DNA of 44,450 nt, filler included, from Sphacelaria rigidula (GCA_964200075.2; 2 parts of 2 records of this genome joined end to end with filler, not necessarily neighbours in it), one strand, 5' to 3'. Shown: positions 23,785 to 37,870, numbered from the whole stretch's first letter. Numbers and translations are program-made. The notes: generated by a model not told the origin, from the sequence alone.

Positions 23785-25955
23785 AATAGTCCGAAACATT
23801 GTGCACATGTCCGTGTGTGTAACTGTCTTCCAAGTCTGGTTATTTGTTTCCGAATTTTCGAACACTACACCAAGGGAAATACCACCGCTTTGACGGCGAT
23901 TGCATGACGACTTCAGCTCTTTTTCGAAGTACCCCCACTGTCTCCCGGCGCCCCCCCTCGTTGCGCCGATACCTCTCTCGTTGAACAAGCATTGCAGAAA
24001 TATTCTAGACGTGTTCCACTACTGCCAAAAAACATACAGAGACGTGTGTGTGTGTCATACCATTTTTTCACCAGCACAATGCTGCGAAACCGGTGACTGT
24101 TCGATCACAGCTCCCGTAGTATTCTGAGGAACCTTTTAGTATTCCAGCGGCTGTTCCTTAGTCAAGATGCCGATGATGTTTGTTAGGACTCGCGAAAGGG
24201 GCGAGTAAGGAAGCAAACGTTGACGCAGACATACGCGATATGCACAGACAACTACGGTTAATGTTCTGCAGGCAGACGGGCACACCCTCCGTATCTCACT
24301 TGACTCTTGGCGAACGGGTGATGTTGCCTGGGACAAGCTACGACCGTGGCGCGTTCACTGCGGACTCACCCCACGTGAAAATGAAGCCATCGCCTGCTAA
24401 GTGGGACTCGTGATGGAGAGTTGGCTTGGAGGTTAATGTCTGGACTTTTCATGCTCGGGTCAATATTTTTCTGTGGGGTTTCAGCAGGGCGGAGGCAAGG
24501 TTGTCGTTAAATAATCCTTGGTTTCACTGAGATCTTGATGTGTACATTGAAAGTCGCTTCTGTAGGGGCTAAGCGCTCGCCAGCATGCGTAGAACGTGTT
24601 TTCGCTCAATCGGCGCCGTATAGTGAGGATCGGACTTCTGCTAACGCACGCTGTACCTAGGGCACCTTCTGAACCCACCCTGCCCAGGGGTTTTCTGTCT
24701 GTCTGGGGATAGGGTTGGGGTCATGGTTGGGAAAACAGTTCTTGAGGTGGTCTACCATGGACGAGTCGACGATTTCGCGTCACTTCCTCCCGGCTTTCGT
24801 TGTAGGAGTTGCAAACCAAAGAGCACGCTTGCAGCAACCCCCGACGCCACTAGTATTTGTTCAACATATCAGCTGTATCCTGCAGCGACGAGAAACGTGC
24901 TTACTGGATCAAGAACACAACAACAAGACGCCGTCAGATTTAAACTTTCGGAATTGCATATTGAGCGTTGATTATGACGTTCGGGGAACATAATAGATCT
25001 GTCCGACTTTGCGTTTGAGGTGGAGGCACGAAAATCCTTCCTGCTGCTCTCGCGGGGTTCAATGACCTTCTTCAGTGCAATTCATCATATGGCAGAGGGT
25101 GTGCATCAACATTTCTTGTAGGCGTGCCGTTACTTCACTGCATAGCCGGCTGTTGCATACACCTTTGCACTGCTTATAGAAATAAGCACATGCACGTTTT
25201 CAGATTTTTGGCCTGCGTAGTGTACATGCCGAGGACCGTAGAAAACGTATCGTGAAGCAATCGTGTTCGAAAAATGCTGCACAGTGCGATGCTGTCGCGC
25301 CCCGGTGGTCGTATGGTATATATGAAGCCATTGGGTGGGAATAACACGGGTTCAACTCCTGGCACACCACTTGAACCTTTTTGCCCACAAAGTGTCTGGT
25401 TTCCGCCGCTGAAAAGGCGAAGATGTGAGCAGAAAAAAGAGAGCATTCGACGAAAGTCGATGTGGTGCGGGAGTGCTGATGGTCATGATCTAATCCCCGA
25501 TACCAAAATGTAAGGCGTGTACCGGGAGAAAAATGGGTTGATCCCATGGGACCACTGAATCGTCCTGAGGAAGGAGAGGTGTTGAAGGTGTGCCAAATTT
25601 TTTGTAGAGTAAACGGTATAGTACAGTACTCTTGAGCTTCGCCCCCACCGATTTAAACCCGCTTATTGGAACGGCAGCAAATGACGGTAGCGTTTACAGC
25701 CTCCAGAATTGCGTAGGAACTGTGCAGTTCAGATGCTTGGCAACATTTCGAGTTTGGTGAACTGCTCTTCGTTTACAGATATACTTGTTTGACGAGAACT
25801 GGGACGGACATCCTTCTCTACAAGAAAACGCGTATTCCGAGACGGAGTCAGCTACCGCAGATACGGATCGCTCGTTCCACCCCTTCGAAGCTATCTCATT
25901 CCACCACTCGCATCGGTTCTCTCATCTAGCGGGCATTCGATTGGCGTGCGGGCAG

Positions 25956-28900
25956 GTTATGGTGTTTGCTCTCAAGGAACAAAACCGCATTATCGGCCAG
26001 CTCCGTAAAGAGGCGAACGCAAACTTTATGCTCTTAGATGACCGGAGCCGACGGACTCAGGACTTGGTGCAAAAGCTTACAAGCAAGGTTTGTCGATAGA
26101 TTTTCCCCACAACGTACAGTTGTGTGTGGAATCGGAGTGGCAATGTTGCTCGGCAATAGCGACAATAACTTGTCCTAGTTGCCGTACTTCGTCGCCTGAC
26201 GCTGACATAACGGAGCGCTTACTGTATACGTACCGAGTATGGAGAGGCTCTTGGCCATGAACATTTCTCTTCACCGACGTCTTGCGCGGAACCAGCTTCC
26301 GGGCTATTTGCGCGTAATGTTGTATAAAACGAGGGAGATGCCCCCGTTCTTTGCAGGACGAACACAACATAGCATATTCGGCATCTTCGCATTCCCTTGT
26401 GAGGGTTGTGTCATGTGCAAAGGAGCACGTTCGTACATGAAACGTTTCATGAATCATAGGAAAAAGTAGGCATATTACCTTTTGTTGTCACAAACTCCAA
26501 GAAGCTGCCCAAGCGTCAGTGTTGAAGGATGAGTGCAAGTGACTTGTCACACGCTGTTGTACTTGAGGACACCTTGTGACCTGGAGATTTTTACTAGGAA
26601 GAGGGTAGGTCCTGAAGCGTTGTTGTTGATCCCCCTGTCTTCGTGTATTGCCGACAGGGATAGTGCCAAGGGAAAAATACTCATTACTCAGGTGAGTGCC
26701 GGTGTGTTGTACGTTACTCACTGCCACTGTTGCAGATAAACGCCCAGGAGAATAAAATCCAAAAGGCGAATGCCACCATCGCCACGATTCAAGATGAGGT
26801 AAAGCACATGCGAGGCAAGGTAGAAGAGGCTCTGAAGCTTATCGGGACTACGAAGAAGCTAGAAGAGAAAATTGTCTCCGTTCAGCACAGGCAAGTAAAC
26901 TAGTCCACTCCATTTTTTGACGAGCATGCCCCCAGTACACTTGTCTCGGATACTAATTCACCACTCCGATGCGTTCATGATCAATGCACTTTGATGGCAC
27001 CTGTTATACCACGTGAACCTCAGCCCTCAAAGGTACTGCTGCACCAGCTGACCGCTGGATTCGTCTTATCACGGCACGGCCCTACCATTTCACGTTCCTT
27101 GCATGTGCATGACTTTGCAGGGTGGAGGCACACACGAATACGTTGCAAGCACACGAGGTCCGCTTCGACGAGATAGGCCGGCTGGCTGTAAGGGTAAAAT
27201 ATATTGAAGAAAGCCTCTGTAATATTTCTGGTGAGTGCCAAGTCTTTGCTTACTTTTATTCTTCCCTCGAGTACTGGTACCGTATGCTCGAGGGTACAAC
27301 ACCTACTCCAGCAAGGTTTCACTATGCCTTCCAGTCCGTCGGTATCCTGCTCGCTCGATATTGCCAAGTGAAAATGACCACATGGTAGATGAATTCAGCA
27401 TCAAATTCTTCGGGAACGAAGTACCTGCCCATAGGACACTGCGCAGTTGCTTGTTCAGCTGGCTTTGACGGGAGCATGCAGTTGACGCAATCTTCATATA
27501 AGCGGACTGGTTACTCTGCTCAACGTACCTTTTTCTTCTCTTGCGTACGCCGCAGCGGTCTGTGGCCAACTGTGACTCACACGCTCTGCTCATACGGTGA
27601 ATACTAACGCTTTGTTCGAACAGTCATGCCGATTATCTCCTCAGCCTCTGATTGATTTCTACAGGGTTTGCTGCTGATCTACCATTATGCCTTTATCTCT
27701 TGAAGGCGAAAACGTGTTCGTGACAACCGATCACATGGGGGAGCCAATGGCCTTGAACAAGGTGGTTCAGACTTTACAAGTCTCCTTGACGGAGTACAGT
27801 ATCAAGATCCAAGAGCAGTCGAAGGTATGACACCAAACTATCCTGCATGCCTTCACCCATGCTCCATATGGTCGTTCCGCCGCGGAAACCGAAATTGCGT
27901 AATAGTACGAATTAATCCCTACACACACAATAACGGGTTTACAATATAGATTTCATGGGTTTTCTCGTCACATTGATGCCCAGAGTAAGCACTTTATCTT
28001 CTCAAAACCGTTAGCCCGTTTTCCCTCGAGAAGCGCGTGGCTAGTGACCTACAAGACCGTAAGGGGATACGTGTTTGCAACACCTTCTCGAGCCTCATCT
28101 TGCGGTTCGTGTTCCATTGTACAAGCTTGAGTGCCACAGTTGTTACACTCACTGACAAACTTCTCTCCTGGCGTTGTTTCAGTTAGCTACACACGATGAG
28201 GTCGCTGGGCCTTCCGGTGACATCCTTCGCTTGTCCTTGGTTTTCACCATCATGTTTGTGGGTGCCCCCATGTCACCGCCCCCGTAACTGGTTCCTCGAT
28301 GCGTTCAGGTATTGCACAAGCAGAGCGAAGTGATCTCTAAGGCTGAGGAGAAGCTAGCGGAGGGCGTGCGGATCAATAGAGAGAACATCGAGGAGATGCA
28401 GGCGTGTATTTTCACATAGAATAAGAGGTACCTGAAAGCTTCACACCAGCTCAGACGTCTGTAACACGCTACACTGGCTTTTTCATTTCAGCGTCACATG
28501 CACCGTTGATGGCACGGTAGACAACTTCACCTAGTCTGACACACACGGGAATACATGGGGTGCAATGATGAAAAAAAATTCGGTGCGATCTATTCAGTCC
28601 AGCGGTCGAAATGTTTGCTTGCCCTTGTTTGTTACGCTGTATCATGACGGTTGTGGGTCTACTGTAGGTACCCAACATGCGTATCTAGGCAGGGAAAGCC
28701 CATACACGTAAGCTATCCTAACGTTGAAACAACGGGCAAGCGTTTTAGATAACAACTGTGACGGCGACCGATATGTTCACACGGAGGTGTATCTTGTATC
28801 TTACCAACAGACCGTGTTAAAACAAGACCACTTCAAGACCACTCATCTATCTTATTAATAGTGTGATTTTAAACCTACTATCGAAGTTTGTCGATAACTA

Positions 28901-31900
28901 TGATTACTACCACCACCATCTTCGCGTGGGCATCTGTCCTACGTAGGTGAAGCTAGCAAAGAACGATGACATTGATCTGGCGGACATTCGACGGGGGCAG
29001 ACGTCAATCGCTGAGCAACTCGACGTTATCCAGCAGGAACTCCTCGTCAAGATCGATAAATGTGAGAGACACTGATGAGTCCGTCGTCACACGAGGGTGC
29101 GGGCAAACACCTTGACCCGAGCTCCCAACGCTCATTTTGCGGCGCATTCTGACACGGCCCACTTCCGCTTTTGATGCCGTGCTGTCTTTCGCTTCAGCGT
29201 ATGTGGACGAACATGTGGAAGCACGATACGAGGAGATCATCAACCATCTGCACAAGGCACTCTCTTCCACTGAAGAAGACGAGCAAGACTTCAAGGTGAG
29301 GCTAGGCAGCGAACCCTACAAAAGGCTCACAGTCAACGCTTGAGCTGGCAACACATGGTGCCAACGACTACACACGAAACACCTGAACGATTGCTGTGAC
29401 CAGACTCTTCCACATAGAAAGGAGCGTTGTTGCAGCAAATTTAAATGCTCAACAAAGAGCACCGCAGGGTCCTCGACCGCGGTTACGGGGCTCCACAATT
29501 TTCACCACAAGAGCCGCTACATCCAAAACCACTATGTCGACAGAATCGCGACAGTTCGGAAATGGTCGGCGACTAACGACAAGATGATGATAGCAGCTGG
29601 CCAATTTCCAACGAGTTGTACCCATCTTGTCCTGGAACGATGTGCGACATGCGCGACAGAAACAAGCACATAATCTTCAGGAAATCATCGAGCAGCTGAG
29701 CGCGAGCAAGGCGGACCGCAGAGAGCTTCTAGAGCTCAAGCAGTTCATGGTGTCCTTGAATGTGAGTCATCACTGTGGACATCTTTTTAGCCTCGACGAA
29801 ACAAACATAATCTTCCGCGTGGCATTTGGAAGGCTCTTGGAACCTACCGCGGTGGTCGTTGTGGAATTTGCCTTTGCGAGGCCAGCGCCGTGTCTCCGAC
29901 GCCAAATGAGCACGTCGCACGTCACCATTTTATTGTAAACTAAAGCCATTACTCTCAGTCAAGGAATCAACGTCTTCCACATTTGAACATACGTATGTAG
30001 CTCTGGGCTGTTCCACGTGTCGAGACCTGCGCCGTAACTTGGATTCCCTCGGTGTCCAGTCAGCCAGAACTCCTACAGTGCCGTCGAGTGCACCCATGTG
30101 CTTCAGCCGCGGCTGTGACGGCATGCCTTACTGTTGCTGTATTCTCCGCGTGCCAGTTGGAGACGCTAGGACGTAGGTATGTGTAGCAATTCATGTGAAG
30201 ATTGCTTGTGCGCAATTCCAACTTGTCGGTGCTACACCTGCAGGATGGCTAACCCGTCATCTCACGTTAATCTTGCGTGGCGCAAACCCTATGTCGTGCC
30301 AGGGTCAAGAACGACGAGCGAGTCTGGAGAGACGGTCCTCTAGTGGGAGTGTAAATGGGCAAAACGGGGGCAATCCTTTGACCGGTCCAATAACACGAGA
30401 CGAGGTGTTCAACCTACTGGAAGAAAAGGCCGACAGGAAGGATCTGGAACGACGAATGGCGAACGTAATGACGAGGTGGTGACATAGCGCAGCTTTTACC
30501 TGCAGATATCAATGTTCTACTAACTCGGTATTTCTATCTACAGTAGACGTGCCTCTGATGCATTCGAGTTTTGAAATTAGGCGTGTAAGGAACGGAAGGT
30601 AATATCGCCGCACATGGCTCGTCGACTTTTTATTGTTTTACCACAACGCATCATGTTATTCTCTGTATTAGCATTAAAAACATCTAATTCACCAGGAAGT
30701 GGGGAGATGGCCCTCGTGGCAGTATCATAGCAGCCAGCCGGCCAGAACACTATCGAATTCGCCTGAAAAAATCACGTGAGATTACTCAGGCAGCCGCACA
30801 CGAACACGTATATATGTCTATTGGCCACCTCCACCGATTTACGGTCGACTGGCGTGTCTTGTCTGGACAATGCCCTGGTTGCACTCGATGCTGTCTGCAG
30901 AATGAACAATGCTGTTTTGCGAAGGGGAAGTGGAACTGGGCCGGCGATTCCGCCGGTGCTGTCGCCGTCAGGGCCAGCGGGGCCAAGCGGGTACGGAGGA
31001 ACGCCAGCAAAAAGGGGATCGGGGACGGGTGGACTACCGTTGCATAGCAACAACGACATCATCGGCGGTATGTGAACTCCATGAGAGTCGTTTGTCATCT
31101 CAAAATTCTCCAGTGTGAATTATTGGGGTCGGTTTCTGTTCGAGCTTGGTGGTGCATGATGAGAAGTTGTCGGGCCCAGCGCCGAAAACACGGCCCTATC
31201 GGGCAGGAGGTCAGGACGTGTCCGTGTCTTGTTATCTACAAACCAGCTTCTACCCCATATTGCCATTCCTTGCTTCGATGATGTGCGCTACTCGCAGCCA
31301 CTGATATTCTTCACGACCAAAAGTCCAGACAATCATTTGACCCAACGTTGATAAGCGACCTCCACGCCTGCAAGGCGCGAGGTTGACGTCGTGGCGGTAT
31401 TTTCTAGAAATCCCCTTTGAGATCTGTCTGAGGGAGGCACGCCACCCTTCTCGTGTTGCTGTCAATGTGGGGGGCAGTGCTAAGGGGCAAAGGAAAAGCA
31501 CGGCATTGCAGCTTTCAATTGTATTTTCAACGAACAGGGATACCGCTACTTTTTGTTCGAGGGTCTCCCGCTGTATTTTTTTTTCGAGCAATTCGGTACA
31601 TCTTGTGCGATATAATAGTTGCTTTTCCTATGCTTGCATACCGTCGTGAGCCCCCCGGTCCTCGTGTCTGTCTTTATCCCGAGACTCGGTAGGCGTCGGG
31701 TGGAGGCATCAAGGATCTGCTTTCATGTAGAGAGTGCAGCACGTAGGAAGACGTCCGGAGAAAATGTTTCAACTCGCGAGTATGTATGTTTTCTGTCCTC
31801 GCCGTACACCCGTTCAGTGTCGACCGCGTCGTTCGTTGGTTTATCTGTACCGTGTCGCATTTCACCGTACTTTCCTGGAACGATCTGACACACCTATTCA

Positions 31901-33652
31901 GCGTGGGACACATGGGATCCTGATCCTGACGGGGCTTTAGCGATGAGCAAGCAACTTACGGACGGTTTTGGAAGAGCGGTAAAACCGGATGGGATGGCTA
32001 TCGGTACCTGCTTATCGTGCAAGGTGATGCTAGCGACATGGTTGATGATGTATACTCCGCTTACGTGTGCCAAAACGAAACTACTCCTTCTTGTCGCTTA
32101 CACTATCTATAGAGCCAGAAACGCCGTGGGCTTGCTGAGCATGCGGTCCTATCGCGATTGAAATCTTCTCCATTGAAATAGAGTACCACGTGTAGCCAGC
32201 CACAGCAAGTGCAGTGGGAACACGACCGAGACGAACGTTCGTACACCATGGCCTTCCACGTTGAAAAATACCCCGGTCGGTATCGCTATACTCCTTCAAT
32301 GCGATGGAAGCTCCAGTCGTGGTCTGTCTGTTCCATTTCCCACATTTTACAGGCTCCAATTGTACACCCTGATAAGCTGGATCTGTTTCCTGGAGTCTCG
32401 CGAGGGGGGGGCTTTCAGTTGTGGGCACCCTCGGAGAAAGGACCACCGCTACGCCCAACACCAGGAGAGACGCTCCCAGAGTTGGACACCAAGGAGGGAC
32501 GACATATTATTGGGAAGGTGAACCTTGCAGTATTCATAGGAGCTTTTGCGGGTTTTTTCGTCTTGCTCTGGACCTGGTGAGACGAAAAAACGACACGAAA
32601 CTATGTCGCCGATCCAATTACTCCGGGTGAGCACAGCATGTGGAAATTTATCATCGATCATTACCATCACGAGCACCGTGAAACTGCAGCGTTCGGATTG
32701 AGCCTTTCTCCTCCGGCGGTGCCTATACTGCGATCAATATCTTGCCCCTTTTAACATGGATACGTTGTCGCCGGTCACCCAGAGGTCTGAGATTGTATGA
32801 CGCCTGAGCATATCGCAATGCTACTTAGATATTGCTTGTGTTATGACTACTACTACACCTGCCTGTAGCTCTGCGTGTACTATACAATACCAAGCAATAC
32901 CGAAGGTGTATTCCTTGTTTTGGAGACTCGCTGCCCCCATGGCACACCATGCTTGCGGTCTGCAGATGGGGACGGGTGATGTCTGCCTTGGTCTCTTGGG
33001 TCGCACCACTGGTCATCATGTATCCTCCCCCCCCCCCCCCCCCCCCCCCCCCCCCGACGCTCGTTTTCCCGTCATTGAATGCTTTTTCAGGACGGGAACT
33101 TGTACCTTGCGCAACCGTCCGTTTCGGCTGCAGTGCCGGAAGTACGGTGAGCGGGTTGATAATTTTTATTCACGGCAGCGGTATTCTTGGCAATGTGAAG
33201 GGAAAACTCGTGGGAGTGCAACCTATTGAACTTATATGTAAATATATAGATATAGATAGACATGTGGATTCGACGAAATGCGTACAGTACCAGTCGATTG
33301 AATATAACTACCCCGCATTCGAGGGGAAAAATGATCTGGACGAATGCTGAGTCCACAACCCTAACTCCATGATTATTTGAGAGATTATCAAGCTGTAGAA
33401 ATTCCGCAGTAAATATCCCGCGAGCAAACTTCGGGTGCCAGAAGAGAGTGTAAAATAGTAACAATATTTGGTTCCAACCGTCGTCAAAAAAGTCAGTTCA
33501 CAATACTTGAGGGTGAATGGGAAATGATTTACTATACCTGACGATGATTGGATGGCGGCTATATTCCCCCGTTTCCCGCTTCACTACACTCCTTACCGGG
33601 GATGTACAGGGCGGGTGAGGTGGCACCACGACCACAGACGGCGGGAGGGTGA
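25956..33652 (+). CDS. Coiled-coil protein resembling the QRICH2/C16orf96 (DUF4795) family; 5' partial
   Basis: Phase-consistent exon chain join(25956-26087,26736-26890,27121-27230,27706-27824,28309-28401,28947-29061,29198-29295,29660-29761,30303-30475,30901-31067,31941-32023,32353-32517,33091-33146,33610-33652). The N-terminal part is heptad-rich, followed by repeated K[AI]D[RK] motifs, CLSC, GGGF, IIGKDGNLY and a terminal RPQTAGG*. The exon structure is well supported. The family assignment comes from motif recollection only. Confidence 0.82.
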
Positions 33653-35284
33653 CACTCGCAATTCAGAACCGCCACGACTGATGTTGGCCGCTCGTAGTCC
33701 CGGGATGATAGCGTTGTGGTGGGTGGAGGGTGCGGACGCTGGCGGACATGGAAAACGGGCTGTTGCTTGTAAATGTAAACCCGAAAAATCAGCAGTACGC
33801 TGTGTTGATGTGTTAGTACCAGCGAGTCATGTAGACGGTTGTATCTGTTGTCCCTGTGTGCTGGCTTGCTTGTTTTCTGCGTTTGGGGTGTACAGTTCAA
33901 CGACTAGACTGGAGTGGGTGAACCACCCATCCTTTTGTTTTGGTGGAGCACACCGATATCCCCGCAGACTATGGCGTACTTCGGGGTAAAACTTTGAACG
34001 ATGCCGGGAACCATGTTCGTCACTTACAACACGGACGTTTACTCCTGTCCGCTAACGTGTGCAAATAATGCATACTATTAGTGGGGCACGAGTTGGCGGG
34101 CATAGCGCATCCTGTAGACTGTAAATATCAGCATTCAACCGGAGAATTTCGGTTGAAAGCGACTTTGTTATCTTTTTTGGGGTCTTCCATGGTTCATCAC
34201 GGCGAACCGTCAGTACCAACATTTCGGGGACGGGTGGATGCTAGTACTCGAAACAGATTCTGAGAGGAAAATCATTTTTTGCGATCGAGTTTGAACGAGT
34301 CATTGACTCACAGGTCGTCGGGGGTCCTTAAAGTAAACAGCCACACGTTGCAGCTTTGTTAGACTTTGTCGCAATCGAACACATCCCGATCGTGCTAATA
34401 AACACTGGGAACCCGTCGAGGCTTGGATTTTGTAATTTCTAGCTATATTTATTGCGCTACAGCCGAAAACCCAAGTGTGCATTTTTGGACCAAATTACGA
34501 GTAATAATAATATCCCCACAGAACCGAATTTCACGCCGTATTGCCCGGACAATACATAGATGAAGACTGTTTCCCATAAATGACCTGCGTCTCCCCCCAT
34601 TGCCCACCATTTATGGAACGTTCGAGTGGGAATGACAGCTGTTCTACAAAAAGCTACCGATTATGTGATTTTACGCTATAACAATGTTGACTACTGGTGT
34701 GGTATGTTCAACAATAGATACCGGCACATTTTGCCCGTACACACACTTTCGATACACATGTGCTACGGTTACACTGTCAGTGGTATAACAAGAAGGCCCA
34801 CTGCCGACTTTCCCCAGTCTTATGTCACACTCCCGTACAATCGCGGCCGGTACGTGTCCAGTTCAGGATATGATAAAGGCACTCTCATCTCTTGTCTGTC
34901 TACCCGACGTTACCGGCGTCACATAGTGAGGCTGGGGGTGGGTATATGGACGAAACAAGATGCTCGTCGCGGCTTCGGTGCAGTGGACCTCAAATAAGCG
35001 CGTGTCGAAAGAGGCACAGTTTCCCTCCTTGTGTTTTTAGATGTGCATGCGAGTTCAGAGATGATGTGACGTCAACCCCCCCTTAAGTCAATGAGTATGA
35101 TGCTCTTTACTTACACGCGATTGAGCTTCAAACCCAATAACACCCCCTCTTTCCTCAAGGGAGCACCGGCTTCGACTTGCAAACTCAATACTACGCCCCC
35201 ATCGCAAGATCGACGATTGCTGGTCGAACTTCTGCAGTATCCAAAACTGATTGCACTAGCTTCCATTTTTTGAACCCATTGCCG

Positions 35285-35646
35285 GTCGCCCCGGTGGCTC
35301 AGTTGGTAACCTGGCAACCTTCTGACGGTTGGGTCTTGGGTTTGAAATCTCAGTGAAATCACACGATCTGGGATTTTTGCTCAAATCATGCCCAACAGCG
35401 GAGAGCGACCATGTCGTGGGTACAAAACGTTCGAATTCGCGGTTGACGAGAAACAGGAACCGCTGAACCCCTCTCGTGATAAAAAAAGCAAGGCAAGCCC
35501 CGCAGATGGAAGGTGGAGTACTAAAACAAAACTAAAAAGAAATAAACCTCCCGTGTTGGCCTTCCTCCTATGTGACCCCGGCTGATGCGCTCCCATATAC
35601 CGAAAGGTATAGACTGGCGTGCAGAACAGATGGGATGACAACACAT
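35285..35646 (+). mobile_element. tRNA-derived SINE, copy 2, full length without the duplication
   Basis: A-box TGGCTCAGTTGG and degenerate B-box GGTTTGAAATC. Body and 3' domain are colinear with 18369-18775. Confidence 0.85.
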
Positions 35647-36149
35647 TCCAGGCAAGCCTGTACACCTGCACTGTCGGCGATAGCCGCGCGAGTGACCTGT
35701 GAACCGAACATTACTGCATCGCCGGTGGTCGAGGTGCTAACGATTTCGACTTGACAACCCAAACACGCACCCCGCCGCTGGGTCGGCGATTGACGCGCGA
35801 GTGATCTTCGACACTGAACCAGTTTTTCTCAGATAGCACGAGCTTCGATTCCTCACTGAGAATCGGCATCCCCGTGGTGGGGTCGGCGACGGTCGGGAGA
35901 GCGAGGTCTGAATCCAACGTCGCACCCTCTGCGCTCAAGATTGGTGGCTCGATCTGCGAGCCTGAACATTCACCTCCGTCGAGAGGCTTGTCACAACCGA
36001 GCGGGCGACTTGTGAATCCGCGATCGCATCCCCTGTCCATGTTTGAAAATACGATGTATGAGGACGTTTTCTTCGGATGAAGGGCTTCGTCCGGTGTGAA
36101 TAGTGGATTACCGGTGGCAAACTCTTAGTATCAGAATGAAGAACCTGAA

Positions 36150-37870
36150 CGGTATACCATCGAGCGTCACACACGTGGGCAGCTGCTTGACCTGCGCGGC
36201 CATCCGCGGTTTGAGGGTGACTTGGCGCTGAGAAGTTTGTGAAGCCACCTGGCCCACCGCGCAAGGATGAGCACGGGTTTCCGAAGCAGCTTGCCGTCCC
36301 TGTCCTTGATGTTCTGCGTGGCGAAGGGCCACTTTTTTTCCACGTCCAGTCCCTTGTTGAGCTGGTAAAAGCCGGCTATGCTCATCTCGAGCTTCACCGC
36401 ATACTTCTCGAAGAACTCACACACGATCATGTCTCTCCGTCAATTGAGCTCTTGCGTCGTTGCCTTTCCTTCCTTTCGTAGAATTTTGTCGGTTAGGGCA
36501 CCGCGCAGTTGTTGCCTACCTCTTTACCCACACCTTGCGAATCTGGCGCTCCGCTCTGTCGCTTGCACACTAGTCCTGCGGTCCTCGTTTTCACTCAGCC
36601 TGGGGCGCGGTTACCGCGGCTGCAGGCAAAACGGTATTCGTGAGCGCCGCGGTCATCATGCCCACGGTCGACCCAGGCATGGAGGTAGTGGGGGAGCAAT
36701 GAGTCCTGTGCTGGATCTGGTGCTGGAAATCACGCCAGAGGACCTGTCGGCTTGTTGGAACGTGTGTGAGGCTCCGCCCTTCGGTGTCCTAAAGAACGTG
36801 TTGATGACGGAGAGCTTGTTGTTCCTGGCGAAACCAAGCAGTCGTTCAGCGTTTCGCGTCCGTACGCACCAAGCACCTTAGTATCACTACACCCATCTCC
36901 TCTCCTACCCGTCTGAGCATTGACATCCATCATGACCACAAGGTGGTTACGGCAAGGCACCTCCCGGATCGCGGCATTCGTTGCGTTCCACAATTCGTCT
37001 CTGTAAGTGGTATCACTATTTTCTGTAGGTGCGTATCCAGACGCGAAAGACAACCCCTGTCAATTTACGGGGCTGCAGGCGGGACCTTCATCAGTCTCGG
37101 GCTGATGCACTCCACCACCCTGTTTCACTCCTCCAATCCGTCCCAGACAGGCTGCCGGATCGCACACCCCACCCTTTGCACTCCTACGTCATCCTTTGCT
37201 CCAGTAGCTCCGCTCCATATCACCACGTACTTCATACGCGTGATTTCGCGTTGCCCCTAACGTCTGGTCTCTTAGAGTCCGATCACGTCACAGGCGGTTT
37301 CGGAACAGATTTAGACGCCAGTTGTACTGTTGTGACCGATGGGGTTCTTGCCTCTGTAAGCGAGTGTGCAGACGTTGAAGGTGCCCACAGTCAGCTTGCC
37401 CACGCGTACCTTCGCCCTGGTGCTCGCTCGTCTCTCTCGGTCCGCTACACGTAGGGGTGGATTTGTCTTTCGTTTTATCGAGCCGCTATTTTCCTTCTAT
37501 CCATCTCGGCCTAGTCTGGTTCGTGCCTTGGTACAAAAAGACGGGGTACGGTAGCACTCTCTACCTACACTATCTATCCATCTCTATCGGCGCTGGTGCT
37601 CACCAATGTGGAGTTTTTTCTCCTCTTTAGTCCTCGGGCAACGGGTACCACGCTTTCTGCAACGGTGGTTCGGTGCAGCTGCCTCAGGTAACTCTGCCGC
37701 GGGGTCCGCTGCACCACGAGTAACATCCCCCGTCTGCACAGCCTCGCCAGCGCTTTGCATCATCAGTGCACTTGGCGAGCTGGGCCTCTCTACACCACCC
37801 CTCCTCTTCTGCTGTGGCCTGGCACGCCCGCTAGGGGCTCAGTAGGTCGGGCTCCGTCCCGATGGGGGAG
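36150..37870 (-). mobile_element. Degenerate RTE-like LINE: putative 5' UTR, AP endonuclease and linker; RT missing
   Basis: The minus strand reads KLTVGTFNVCTL (~37360-37397), CDVIGL*ETRR, YAPT, MDVNAQTG, LGAYGRETLND, NNKLSVINTFF, then the linker IKDRDGKLLRKPVLILARWARWLHKLLSAKS, with stops and frameshifts. The 5' boundary is approximate. Confidence 0.85.

Noticed and set aside
22690..25520. Candidate upstream exons of the coiled-coil gene (~22700-22872, ~24189-24256, ~25390-25509)
   Set aside because: They have some coding-like character, but I could not build a phase-consistent or homology-supported chain.
35581..35630. Canonical hammerhead or HDV ribozyme in the SINE tail
   Set aside because: CTGATGC replaces CTGANGA, the GAAA is a hairpin tetraloop, and no HDV P1 5' strand exists. 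Kept only as a structured-RNA finding.
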